Shown: positions 1-9,229 of the stretch, in pieces
Numbering within the stretch: position 1 is the stretch's first letter
Layout of the letters: each line of letters opens with the position of its first letter
NCBI GenBank assembly: GCA_002498725.1
Contig: DAIJ01000016.1
Coordinates: forward strand, 6,349 to 70,348
DNA from: Euryarchaeota archaeon UBA23
GTDB taxonomy: Archaea > Thermoplasmatota > Poseidoniia > Poseidoniales > Thalassarchaeaceae
Direction of reading: 5' to 3'
DNA length: 64,000 nt
Notes under the pieces: model-generated
Told to the model about the DNA's origin: nothing
Seen by the model: only the letters and a program-made list of their open reading frames with translations
The model's database searches: none
Translations under genes and position numbers: made by a program

Positions 1-3000
1 TTCCATTTGAGGCTTGCCCTAATATGTCAATAGTTGAAGTAGTAAATGAACAGTATAATCCAGATACTATTGATAGAGATAATTCAACAGGAAATATAAC
101 TCTTAATGGCACCCTTCAATTTGTAAATAACGCCTCTGAGATTGAGGGCATTGTCTTAGAACTTTATTTGGTCCCTCAGAATGAGACCTCAAATATTCCA
201 GGTAGTGCCGCCAATGCTGCTAACCTTATAGGATCTTCAATAACAAATTCCACAGGATTCTTTGAGATTATCGGAACTTCCTCTGAAATAATGCCACCGG
301 GTTATGGTTCTCTGGTTTTGTTAACAAAACAAAAAGGATATGTTGGAACTCAGAGTATTTCTTTCCCATGGACAATAAATGTAACAGATGATGTTAATCT
401 TACAATACCGGTCCCTATTCTTTCTGATGAGCCAATACTCGGAGCCGGAGTAAACACTACCGTAACTGGTTCAATGAATTGGGAAAATGATCCGCTTTCA
501 GATCCGTCTCAATTAGATAACCTACAAGTTCTATTGAATTATACAACTGTTATTGATGGTGATGTTAATTTAATATCTGAAATTGGAGCAGGGGGATATT
601 TCGAATTCATAGTTCCAATTTCTGAAGATGAACCTTTAGGATTGATAAATGCTACAATCGCCTTCTTAGGATGGCATCAGGATGATTTGAATAATGCAAC
701 TCCTTCTTCATACCATCTAAGGCCAAGTTCAGTAGAATTTAATTTCAATATTACACCCTCTCCTAATCTAACAGTTGTTCTTGAAGGTAGTGCTGAAAAT
801 AATAGTATTCTAGATATTAATCAACCAATATTTGTTAATGGAACAGCATTAAGTCAAGGGAGCTCACCTCTACCTCTTAATGGGACTCTTTATCTTGAAA
901 TGAGACGTTCAGGTACTAATGGGCCTTACCTCAATATTGCAACATGGAATCTTAATGACTCTAATTGGACAAGTCAGGCGGGTCAATTTGCAATTATTTT
1001 GGATTTCAATGAATCAATTGTTAACATACCTGCAGGTGAAATTGAAGTTAAATTCACCTATGTTGCTGATGGATTACTTGCTGCCGATGAAGAACTATTC
1101 ACTTCAGATTATGGTATAAGGTCGTATCTTAATTTCTCTTATTCATTGAATGCCGTACCAAGAGGAGGACTTGCAACAGTTGAGGTGCAATTGTCAGATC
1201 ATACTGGAACCTCTGTTACCGACTTCATAGGAGATTACTGGCTTGACTTTAATGGTATTAGAGAATGGAATACATCTAACCCAATAACAGGACAACTACA
1301 GGTTAATTGGTTGCCTATGGACAATATGACTGCAGGAAATTATGATTGGAATCTAACTTACAACGGTTCAACTTGGCTTCTTCCCAATGTAGTTAATGAC
1401 ACGGTGAGAATACAAGGAAGGGCGAATGTGACTGTATCAATAGGTCAAGATTGGACTCACATAGGTGGTTCTAATTGGATATCAGGATTTGCCCAAGACA
1501 TAGTTCTTTTAACACCCATAACAGGCAATAATTCCTCAATAGTGTTACAATTGGAAACTCCTTCAGATTTACCCCCACAGCCCGACGGCAGCCCTGCTCC
1601 CCCTGTTTTAACAAGACTTGCAGATGGTTGGATAAATACTACTACAGGTTCTTACAATATTTCTTTCAATATGCCAAGTAATATTGGTTCTGGCGTTTAT
1701 CAATTACGTCTTTCCTTGGACTTCTCAGTTGACCCACCTAGAGGTGGAGAATACTTTACAATTAGAGAGGCCACGACTCTTCCGACTGGAATAGAGAGTG
1801 ACTTTGTATTAGATTCATCAACTTCTAATTTGATTGTTGTTGCAGGTTCTATATTGTCATTGAATGCAACAGTCTCAGATATTGCCGATGATTCGTTAAT
1901 CCCTAATGCAACTGCAGTTCTCTACTTCGACTGGGGGGGTTCTAATCAAACGGCTCTTGATACTGCAATTTCAGATGCTGATGGAATAGTCAGATTCAAT
2001 CCAACTCTTCCAGCTAATACAACACCAGGTTTTTATGATCTCAGAATACATGCTCCCGATGATCTAACGGATGATTTAGATACTCCTAACGCAGGTCGAT
2101 GGATACAAAATGAAACCTTTTCAAATTTAACAGTTCAAGTTAACAGTTTAGTTGAGATAGATTCAATCCCCAATGAAGTTACAGCGGGTCAGTCATTCTC
2201 AATGACTGGACGAGTACTCGATGGCTTTGACTCTAACCGAACTGTAACAGGCCCAATGGCAGTCAAGGTGTTCTTCCTAGGTGATGACAGTGAAACACTT
2301 GTAGAGAGTTATACAACTGCAAACAATGGTTCGTTTACTGTTTCAGTACCTACTGATCCTTTTGGAGATGGGGTAACAAGTGGGACAAAAACCGTAGTTG
2401 TTAGTGTGGTAAATGGTTCGACACCATTCTACCTCACAGGTTCAGGAAATGCATCTTTATTGGTTAAAGGTGTGACAAGGTTTACTGATAGAACTCCACT
2501 AATTCAAACTATAGTTGATAGGGGTACAAACATTACATTTGGAGCAAGGTTGACTGAATTTAGTGATAATGATCGCAGATTAGGAAACCTCAGCGTTGCT
2601 GCAAAATTCCATGAAACTTGGTTGAATGAACAAACTAGTAGCGGCGATGGATTAGTAAATTTCACTTTCAGTGTCCCACATAATCATCCATTAGGCCAGA
2701 TTCCAGTAAGACTTTGGTTCAATGGTAGTTCAACTTTACATGAGACAACACTTCTTTTGACCACAATCATTGTACGTTCTCCAACAACTCTAACAATTGA
2801 TCCGATAAGCGAAAATCCCATTGCCGGCCAATCTCTTAACATCAGTGGTGAACTTCTTTCAAGTAATTTATCAGGTATCATGGATAGATCTGGAAACTCA
2901 TTGTCAACATTCTTGACTTTTGAAATAAATGGTGAAACCTCAGGTTTCCAAGTCACAGGAGGAGTGGTAGATCCAAATGGTTCTTGGTCAGGAGTTATCA

Positions 3001-5834
3001 CACTCAGTCTCTCTTTCCCAAGAGGGACTCATAACTTATCTGCATTCTACACACCTTCAGTAAATTATTATGGCTCAAGCGCTGGAGTCGGAGTTTTCGA
3101 TAGTAGAGGTTTTTCTCAAGTTATGATACTGGATCCTGCTGATTTAGATCCTGATAGAAGAGTTATTCGAGGCGATTCAATAAGTGTTAACTTATCATTA
3201 ATAGACAATGCTGGCCAATTAGTAGAAAATGCAAGTATAGGTATATTGGTTGATGACATACTCCAAGAAGTAATTCAGACTGACGATCAAGGTCGTTCTA
3301 ATGTTCAAATTCAGGTCCCATCTACTCGAATCCAAGGCCCTCTTACAATTACGGCTAATTTCACAGGTATATCTGGGAGTACTGGTTTGATCGGTGATAC
3401 AACTTGGACTAGAGTTATTGTATTGGCCCCCACAGTTCTTGAAATAACTCAGACTTCTGGTTCAATGATCGCTGGCGAATCCGTTACATTCGGTGGTACG
3501 CTACTAGATGAGCATGGAATGATATTAACTGATGATGGTAATCCCACCGGTGGCATTATTCATCTTGAAATAGATGGTATAGATGTAGGTGCTTCTTACA
3601 CTACTAGATCAGGTGATAATACTGGTATTTGGAACATTACTTATGATATACCCTTAGATTCTAATTATGGTCCACATTCAGCCACAGTATCTTTCCTTGG
3701 GGGTTTTACTTGGGTAGATCCTATGGGCCAAGGAGATTCACTAAACCCTGAGTATTACTTGCCCTCTGAATATACAGTGTCATTTAATGTAATACAGACA
3801 TCTCAAGTAGTCCTCACAACTCCTCCAGGTGAGATAGACCGTAATGAACTCCTTTTGATAGAGGGTCTTCTTACTGATGGAGCAGGCAGAGTAATTGGCG
3901 ACCGCAATCTTGAAGTGACTCTTAATGATCAATTCCTTACTGGTGTGCAAGTCGAATCAAATGGCAGCTTTAGTATATACATCCCTGTTCCTCCAGATAT
4001 GCCATTGGGTCCTAGAATTCTTGAAATTTCATTTGACGGGGAAGAATTCATTTTACCTTCAAATTCAACAACAGTATTTACTGTATTTGGTCCGACAGTA
4101 ATATATGTAAATCCACCAGAATCCGTTGCAGTGGGTGATCAATTAAGACTAACTGGAACCGTCAAAGATAATCTGCCTGATGGTTGGCTATCTAATCATT
4201 CTCTTGAGATCTTTATCGACGGAACTCTTGTAGGTCTAACAACTACAAATGAAGATGGCGAGTGGTTTTTCAATTGGGTTGTATCTGACTTCCTTGACGT
4301 GGGCTTCCATACAGTCACTATCTCTTCTCCTGGTCAAGGATATTATCGTCCTTCATCTATTGACACCAATTTGACAATTGCTTATCATACATCTATAGAA
4401 CTTGATTTAGAAGTCGATTCAGTTACACGTGGTGGTGTTTGGAACTTTACAGGAAGGCTTTTCGACTCAGATACCACTGGTTCTCCTGGTCTTAGTGGTC
4501 GTACTATTTCGGTAGTTCTTGATGGCGAAGAATTGACAACCATAGAAACAGGAAATGATGGAGAATTTGTTTTCCAACATGAATTAGGATATCAGATTTC
4601 TAGAGGTGCACATGATATCCATTTCATCTTTGATGGAGAAACTTTCTATCTTCCATTTGACAATAATATGACCGTATATGTAAAGGCAGACATTGAAATA
4701 GAGATTCTGTGGAGAAATGAAGTAGTAATAAGAAGTGATGACTCTGCATCAATAAAGTTAGTAGGAAGGGTAATTGAGATTGGTGGAGAAGAAAACCTGA
4801 TTGATGGCCTCGATATTGTACTTTTATGGAATGGGGCTATGGAGCCAGCTTCTATCAAGTGGGATTCTGCCACTGGTCATTTTGAAATTGATTCTCCTGC
4901 TAGATCTACAATGCCTGCTGGTGAAATTACTCTTATCATTCAAGTTCTTCCAGATGCTGAAAGGTTCATCAATGGAGGGTCTATTTCCCATATTGTTAAC
5001 ATTCGAGTTCCGGTCCAATTTGAATTTAATCCAGATGGGCACACTATAAGAGAGAATACACGTCTAATATCTGGCAATATTACAGTCAGATCGACAGATA
5101 CAGGAATGCCAGTGGAGGGTATTTCTCTTGTTACTCAATTGGTTAATGGGACTTCAATAAGGTTCCAATCAGTAAAATTAACAGATTCATCTGGAGCAAT
5201 GGATTACGAATTCTTAGTTCAAGAACCAATACCTACATTCTATGACAAAGATTACTGGGGAGAATTAGGATTGATATTCAGCACAGATTCTCAATTAATT
5301 GACCCTAATGATAGGTTCTGGTTATCAAATGAGCATAATGGATTGAATATGACTTATACAGATCCAGAATCTCGATTTAACACAATGCAGATTATTGCTA
5401 TTACTGGTATTTTACTAATTTTGTTGGCAGTTGTAGGAATGGGTATTTCTCTTCAACGCAGAAGGAAGGCGGCATTAGATGAGATTCAGAGTGTATTCAG
5501 TTATACCGCTGAATTATTAGCAGCAGGTGACGAAGTCCGTGAGGCCATTTTCAATTGCTATGAAAGTCTCTGCCAGATATTGATGAGAAATGGTTTCCTT
5601 AGGAGAGATTTTGAAACAGTACGTGAATTTGAAATGGCAATACGTAAGGCATTACAAATTAGTGAGCAGGCATTAATTGCTTTAGATCGTATCTTTGAAG
5701 AAGCAAGATATTCTTCACATAGATTGGGTGAGGGGCACAGAGAAAACGCACAATTAGCGTTACAAACAGTCCTACAAGAAATAGATCAATTACAAGAAGT
5801 TCCTGAAAGAGAAGAAATTGATTCACAGAATTAA
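1..5834 (+). CDS. Giant surface glycoprotein (about 1936+ aa in window). The 5' end is probably upstream of the window. C-terminal TM helix plus a cytoplasmic tail of roughly 120 aa that resembles DUF4129.
   Basis: The frame is open from base 1 and the first in-window ATG is at 24. There is no N-terminal signal peptide in the window. The region before the TM helix is very rich in N-X-S/T sequons. A single hydrophobic helix (IIAITGILLILLAVVGMGISL, then RRRK) sits near the C-terminus. The tail after it contains FETVREFE and EEARYSSHR motifs. Confidence 0.8.
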   Translation, partial: PFEACPNMSIVEVVNEQYNPDTIDRDNSTGNITLNGTLQFVNNASEIEGIVLELYLVPQNETSNIPGSAANAANLIGSSITNSTGFFEIIGTSSEIMPPGYGSLVLLTKQKGYVGTQSISFPWTINVTDDVNLTIPVPILSDEPILGAGVNTTVTGSMNWENDPLSDPSQLDNLQVLLNYTTVIDGDVNLISEIGAGGYFEFIVPISEDEPLGLINATIAFLGWHQDDLNNATPSSYHLRPSSVEFNFNITPSPNLTVVLEGSAENNSILDINQPIFVNGTALSQGSSPLPLNGTLYLEMRRSGTNGPYLNIATWNLNDSNWTSQAGQFAIILDFNESIVNIPAGEIEVKFTYVADGLLAADEELFTSDYGIRSYLNFSYSLNAVPRGGLATVEVQLSDHTGTSVTDFIGDYWLDFNGIREWNTSNPITGQLQVNWLPMDNMTAGNYDWNLTYNGSTWLLPNVVNDTVRIQGRANVTVSIGQDWTHIGGSNWISGFAQDIVLLTPITGNNSSIVLQLETPSDLPPQPDGSPAPPVLTRLADGWINTTTGSYNISFNMPSNIGSGVYQLRLSLDFSVDPPRGGEYFTIREATTLPTGIESDFVLDSSTSNLIVVAGSILSLNATVSDIADDSLIPNATAVLYFDWGGSNQTALDTAISDADGIVRFNPTLPANTTPGFYDLRIHAPDDLTDDLDTPNAGRWIQNETFSNLTVQVNSLVEIDSIPNEVTAGQSFSMTGRVLDGFDSNRTVTGPMAVKVFFLGDDSETLVESYTTANNGSFTVSVPTDPFGDGVTSGTKTVVVSVVNGSTPFYLTGSGNASLLVKGVTRFTDRTPLIQTIVDRGTNITFGARLTEFSDNDRRLGNLSVAAKFHETWLNEQTSSGDGLVNFTFSVPHNHPLGQIPVRLWFNGSSTLHETTLLLTTIIVRSPTTLTIDPISENPIAGQSLNISGELLSSNLSGIMDRSGNSLSTFLTFEINGETSGFQVTGGVVDPNGSWSGVITLSLSFPRGTHNLSAFYTPSVNYYGSSAGVGVFDSRGFSQVMILDPADLDPDRRVIRGDSISVNLSLIDNAGQLVENASIGILVDDILQEVIQTDDQGRSNVQIQVPSTRIQGPLTITANFTGISGSTGLIGDTTWTRVIVLAPTVLEITQTSGSMIAGESVTFGGTLLDEHGMILTDDGNPTGGIIHLEIDGIDVGASYTTRSGDNTGIWNITYDIPLDSNYGPHSATVSFLGGFTWVDPMGQGDSLNPEYYLPSEYTVSFNVIQTSQVVLTTPPGEIDRNELLLIEGLLTDGAGRVIGDRNLEVTLNDQFLTGVQVESNGSFSIYIPVPPDMPLGPRILEISFDGEEFILPSNSTTVFTVFGPTVIYVNPPESVAVGDQLRLTGTVKDNLPDGWLSNHSLEIFIDGTLVGLTTTNEDGEWFFNWVVSDFLDVGFHTVTISSPGQGYYRPSSIDTNLTIAYHTSIELDLEVDSVTRGGVWNFTGRLFDSDTTGSPGLSGRTISVVLDGEELTTIETGNDGEFVFQHELGYQISRGAHDIHFIFDGETFYLPFDNNMTVYVKADIEIEILWRNEVVIRSDDSASIKLVGRVIEIGGEENLIDGLDIVLLWNGAMEPASIKWDSATGHFEIDSPARSTMPAGEITLIIQVLPDAERFINGGSISHIVNIRVPVQFEFNPDGHTIRENTRLISGNITVRSTDTGMPVEGISLVTQLVNGTSIRFQSVKLTDSSGAMDYEFLVQEPIPTFYDKDYWGELGLIFSTDSQLIDPNDRFWLSNEHNGLNMTYTDPESRFNTMQIIAITGILLILLAVVGMGISLQRRRKAALDEIQSVFSYTAELLAAGDEVREAIFNCYESLCQILMRNGFLRRDFETVREFEMAIRKALQISEQALIALDRIFEEARYSSHRLGEGHRENAQLALQTVLQEIDQLQEVPEREEIDSQN

Positions 5835-6301
5835 TTAAAAGAAAGTTTTAGAAATCCTTCTTGCAATACAGCGGAATCTAAATCAAATCCTGCTGGTAAT
5901 TTGTAAGTTCTAATCATCCCCCCAAATCTTTCTGGTTGGATTATTCTTACTAATGATCCATTCTCTCTTACCATTTTAGAAACTGATAGAGATTTAATGC
6001 CTAAATCTTCTATTTCAATAGTAATTCCATTTCCTATTAATAATTCATCAATTTCTTCTATGAGATTCATAGATTCTTCAAGATTTCGAATCTCAGTTTT
6101 TGAATCATTGATAACTCTGCTAGCGGATTTAGAAATTATCTGATGATTTATTGATACTTCCTCAAGATGTTGAATATCGGAAAGAAATTGAAAATGCATT
6201 TGTTCAGCCGTTGTATCCAAACCATAGTTTATCGTATCAATATTTGACTTCTCATTCAATGAGTCAATAACTTGAATGTCCACTATTTCCCATGCATCCA
6301 T
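5831..6301 (-). CDS. Hsp20/alpha-crystallin-like small protein with an atypical acidic N-terminal half
   Basis: The C-terminal segment RFGGMIRTYKLPAGFDLDSAVLQEGFLKLSF fits the sHSP pattern R...LP...D...A..xGvL.i. It lies 38 bp downstream of XPD on the same strand. Confidence 0.4.
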   Translation of the reverse strand: MDAWEIVDIQVIDSLNEKSNIDTINYGLDTTAEQMHFQFLSDIQHLEEVSINHQIISKSASRVINDSKTEIRNLEESMNLIEEIDELLIGNGITIEIEDLGIKSLSVSKMVRENGSLVRIIQPERFGGMIRTYKLPAGFDLDSAVLQEGFLKLSFN

Positions 6302-6339
6302 TGATCTCTCGAAACCATCCTCTCAGATGAACCCTCGCT

Positions 6340-8358
6340 CTATTCATTTCCTATAGCGGGTTCAGGAAATCTTTGGAAAAATCTCTTAGTATGTCTTGAA
6401 GTTCTTTCTTCGTCAGGTGTCTTAATGCTCTGAATAGAATTGGGCAAACAGAATTTGTATGGTCTATTCATCAAACGCTTCTCAAGAATTACAACTAATG
6501 CTCTATCTTGACCTTTACGAATTGGCCGCCCTATTGCTTGTAGTATGCTATTGACAGCAGGTTGGTGGCTCGAATAGCGCCCCGCTTTATCTCTACCAAA
6601 TCGATCTTCACAGTAATCTCTCAATGCGTCTTGTCGAGCACTAGGAGGCGGCACTGGTAATCCAACACACACAACTGCATCTAGTATATTGTCCGGATAA
6701 TCTACTCCCTCTGCTAGCTTACCAGAAAGAACTCCACAAAGAAGTACTTTCTCTTTCAGTCGGCGTCTTTGGTATAGTCGTTGAATCATTTCACCTACTT
6801 GTCTCTTCGACATTCGTGGTAATTCTTTTTCTATACGGACTCCCCATGGTAAAAAATCGCCCTCGAGAATTTCATCTAACATTGAATAACTCTGTGTAAA
6901 TAGTGCAACATGGCCAGGAGTATTACGAACTAATTCATACACATGATTTCTAATGGCTAGAGTGTTTTTTTCACCCCTCTCTGTATATCTTGATGTGGTA
7001 TTTTGTGCAATAAGAACTGGTCTTCTTTCAGATAGGAAAGGAGATGAGTACTCGCGAATTGTAATCTTCCTTTCATTAGGTATTCTAAGCAAATCTGCAT
7101 ACATGTCTGGCGGAAAAAGAGTGCCGGACATCAATATAGCACCACGACATGATGAGAATAGTTCGCCTGATATTACACCAGGGTCTAGTAGAAAACACCT
7201 TACTCTTGGCTCATCCATTATTTTATCGAAAACTAGAACTAATGCAGTGGAATCGCGATACTGGCAGCAGGTTGTGATAAGAAATGCTAGTTTCTCACAA
7301 CTAGTTTCTTTCTCATTTTCATCATCATCATCACTTGCTTCGACTCTTATTTTAATTAGTTGACTAACTAATTTTTCTAATTGAAAATATTCCTTATTGG
7401 GAATATTATCTATTGTTTCATTCAGTATAGAATCTATTTCATCAAGAATGCTCCGGGTACTTATTCTCATATCATCGCTATCAATGATAGCAAGTTCCTT
7501 TTCTCGAGCGGAGAACCACTTTGGCATCTCATTTTCTAAATGTTTTAGGGATCTTTTACACCACTCTATTCCGCTCAAGTCCAACTCATTTCCAGTTTTT
7601 TTTATTTGTTCCAATTCTCTTTCTAAATGTTCTTCAACTTCGTATCTTGAATCACGAAATATTCTAGATATAGCCCTTCTTTCAAGTCCATTTCTAACCC
7701 TATCTGGTAAATTATGTGCCTCATCAACAATTAGTATTGTACTATCTAATTCAACACCCATAGTCGGTAAACTAGCCTCCCTAACACTTTCAATGAATAC
7801 ATGGTTGTAATCACAAATCAGAATATCACAAGATTTGGCAGCCTCTCTCGAATTCGACCAAGCACATATTTGCGAACTACGGGCGACCTTTATCACATCA
7901 TCAACATGCATAGGGTTTCTGAACATTTTTTCTCGTAGAGCCGACCTCATTTGGTCACGCATATCTCTATCTAATCCTTCCTCGCAATCACATTTCCCAC
8001 TCAATCGATCTACATTTTTGCACATACTTTCTCTACCAATAAGATCCACAACTAAGAGGGGTGATTCGTTTTCTGCGATACGTTGATTTATTTTTCTTAC
8101 AGTTTCAATTACAATTTTATGTTGTGATTGCCGTCCTGTAAGAAAGAGAATTTTCAGTTTTGAAGAACTAGCCCTCTGTGCATTTATGGCTGCAGCTAGA
8201 GATGCAGCAGTTTTACCAATACCTGTAGGTGCTGATGCTAGAAGAAAACCGTCTTCAAGTAAAGTCTCAATGGCATCTTCAACCATCTCTTTTTGCGATG
8301 GTCTTACTTCATTGTGGGCGAAATAACGAATCGTTGAATCAGCACCCAAGACACTCAC
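6340..8358 (-). CDS. xpd: XPD/Rad3-family Fe-S DNA helicase
   Basis: Walker A motif APTGIGKT, DEAH box VDEAHNLPD, a 4-Cys Fe-S cluster region (C..C.C...C) and C-terminal helicase motifs. Length is 672 aa. Confidence 0.85.
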   Translation of the reverse strand: MSVLGADSTIRYFAHNEVRPSQKEMVEDAIETLLEDGFLLASAPTGIGKTAASLAAAINAQRASSSKLKILFLTGRQSQHKIVIETVRKINQRIAENESPLLVVDLIGRESMCKNVDRLSGKCDCEEGLDRDMRDQMRSALREKMFRNPMHVDDVIKVARSSQICAWSNSREAAKSCDILICDYNHVFIESVREASLPTMGVELDSTILIVDEAHNLPDRVRNGLERRAISRIFRDSRYEVEEHLERELEQIKKTGNELDLSGIEWCKRSLKHLENEMPKWFSAREKELAIIDSDDMRISTRSILDEIDSILNETIDNIPNKEYFQLEKLVSQLIKIRVEASDDDDENEKETSCEKLAFLITTCCQYRDSTALVLVFDKIMDEPRVRCFLLDPGVISGELFSSCRGAILMSGTLFPPDMYADLLRIPNERKITIREYSSPFLSERRPVLIAQNTTSRYTERGEKNTLAIRNHVYELVRNTPGHVALFTQSYSMLDEILEGDFLPWGVRIEKELPRMSKRQVGEMIQRLYQRRRLKEKVLLCGVLSGKLAEGVDYPDNILDAVVCVGLPVPPPSARQDALRDYCEDRFGRDKAGRYSSHQPAVNSILQAIGRPIRKGQDRALVVILEKRLMNRPYKFCLPNSIQSIKTPDEERTSRHTKRFFQRFPEPAIGNE

Positions 8359-8699
8359 AGATTCTGTTCTGTTACTCGGCCGCCCAAGAAGATTCTGCTT
8401 GTAACCTCGTGCTTCAAAAGGTTGTCCCGCCCGAAATGGGCGAGACGGTGTGTGTGTTGAATCTTATTTTTTCGAACTCTTCATATTATGGTGCCTATCT
8501 CTAGAAGAGAGAACTTTTCTCTGATTTCTAGGTGCTTCTCTAGGGCTATATCCTACCGCATTAGAAATATTAGCTCTATCTCTTAGGCCTCTGAATCCAA
8601 TAGTTAACCTTGAATGTGGTGGGGAATCGGCGGAGGGGCGATTTATTGGCCCCCCCGCGTCTTCCGAGTGCATCCCATTCTCACCCAAAGCCTCTCACC

Positions 8700-9065
8700 T
8701 CATTCTTCTACTGAGCCATTGGCTCTTTTACGCAATTCTTCCAATCGCATTTTCAAGGCGGAATCAATTGTTGCATCGTCAGCCGTATGCCTTGCGATAT
8801 GTTCACGCGCAGCGTATCTTAGGACTACATCCATTTTTTCCCCATGGATTAAGCAAAAATCTCCAAGGCGGGCAGAAAGATCTGGTCCAAGATCGACCTC
8901 GACACGAGTTCCTGGAGGATGATATGGTGAAGACAAATACTGCCTAACAGCCTCTCGTATCACATCAGACCTGTTTCTCATTCCATCAAACCCAACCCTG
9001 CGCTCAAGTTCGAGGAGATGATCTTCAGGAATTCTAAGTGATACCATTGGACTTTGACCCGCCAC
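8700..9065 (-). CDS. Ribbon-helix-helix (CopG/NikR-like) transcriptional regulator
   Basis: The N-terminal VSLRIPEDHLLELERRV...RSDVIREAVRQYL is an RHH signature. The C-terminal half has Cys/His residues that could belong to a NikR-like metal-sensing domain. Confidence 0.55.
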   Translation of the reverse strand: MAGQSPMVSLRIPEDHLLELERRVGFDGMRNRSDVIREAVRQYLSSPYHPPGTRVEVDLGPDLSARLGDFCLIHGEKMDVVLRYAAREHIARHTADDATIDSALKMRLEELRKRANGSVEE

Positions 9066-9109
9066 AACTGCTTCCTCCTGAGTCTGCGAGAGGGCCTAGG
9101 GCTCTTAAG

Positions 9110-9129
9110 TGTAATGCAATTGAATTACA
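9110..9129. promoter_or_regulatory. Perfect inverted repeat TGTAAT-N8-ATTACA in the divergent RHH/HD intergenic region. I read it as a candidate operator.
   Basis: tgtaatGCAATTGAattaca reads directly from the sequence. It is 45 bp from the RHH start and 100 bp from the HD gene start. Confidence 0.35.
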
Positions 9130-9229
9130 AATGAAATACAATATTGCTAATTTTTCATTGTATAAGTTTGCCTCCCGAGCAGTTTGATTGAAGGATGATG
9201 AGTAACTCGGAACTACAAGGAGGCATCAC

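Noticed and set aside
919-5049. Short ORFs nested in or antisense to the first giant gene (919..1119, 2684..3001, 4646..4873, 4801..5049, 4824..5042)
   Set aside because: They lie inside a long ORF with a coherent domain and sequon structure. They are short and low-complexity, so spurious.
8464-8688. 74-aa basic ORF as a ribosomal-protein gene
   Set aside because: It matches no archaeal r-protein signature I can recall (L39e, L40e, S27e, S28e, S30e and so on). It is kept only as a low-confidence observation in the findings.
8614-8922. 102-aa plus-strand ORF
   Set aside because: It overlaps the minus-strand RHH regulator gene, which has a clear RHH signature. Pro/Ser-rich junk translation.
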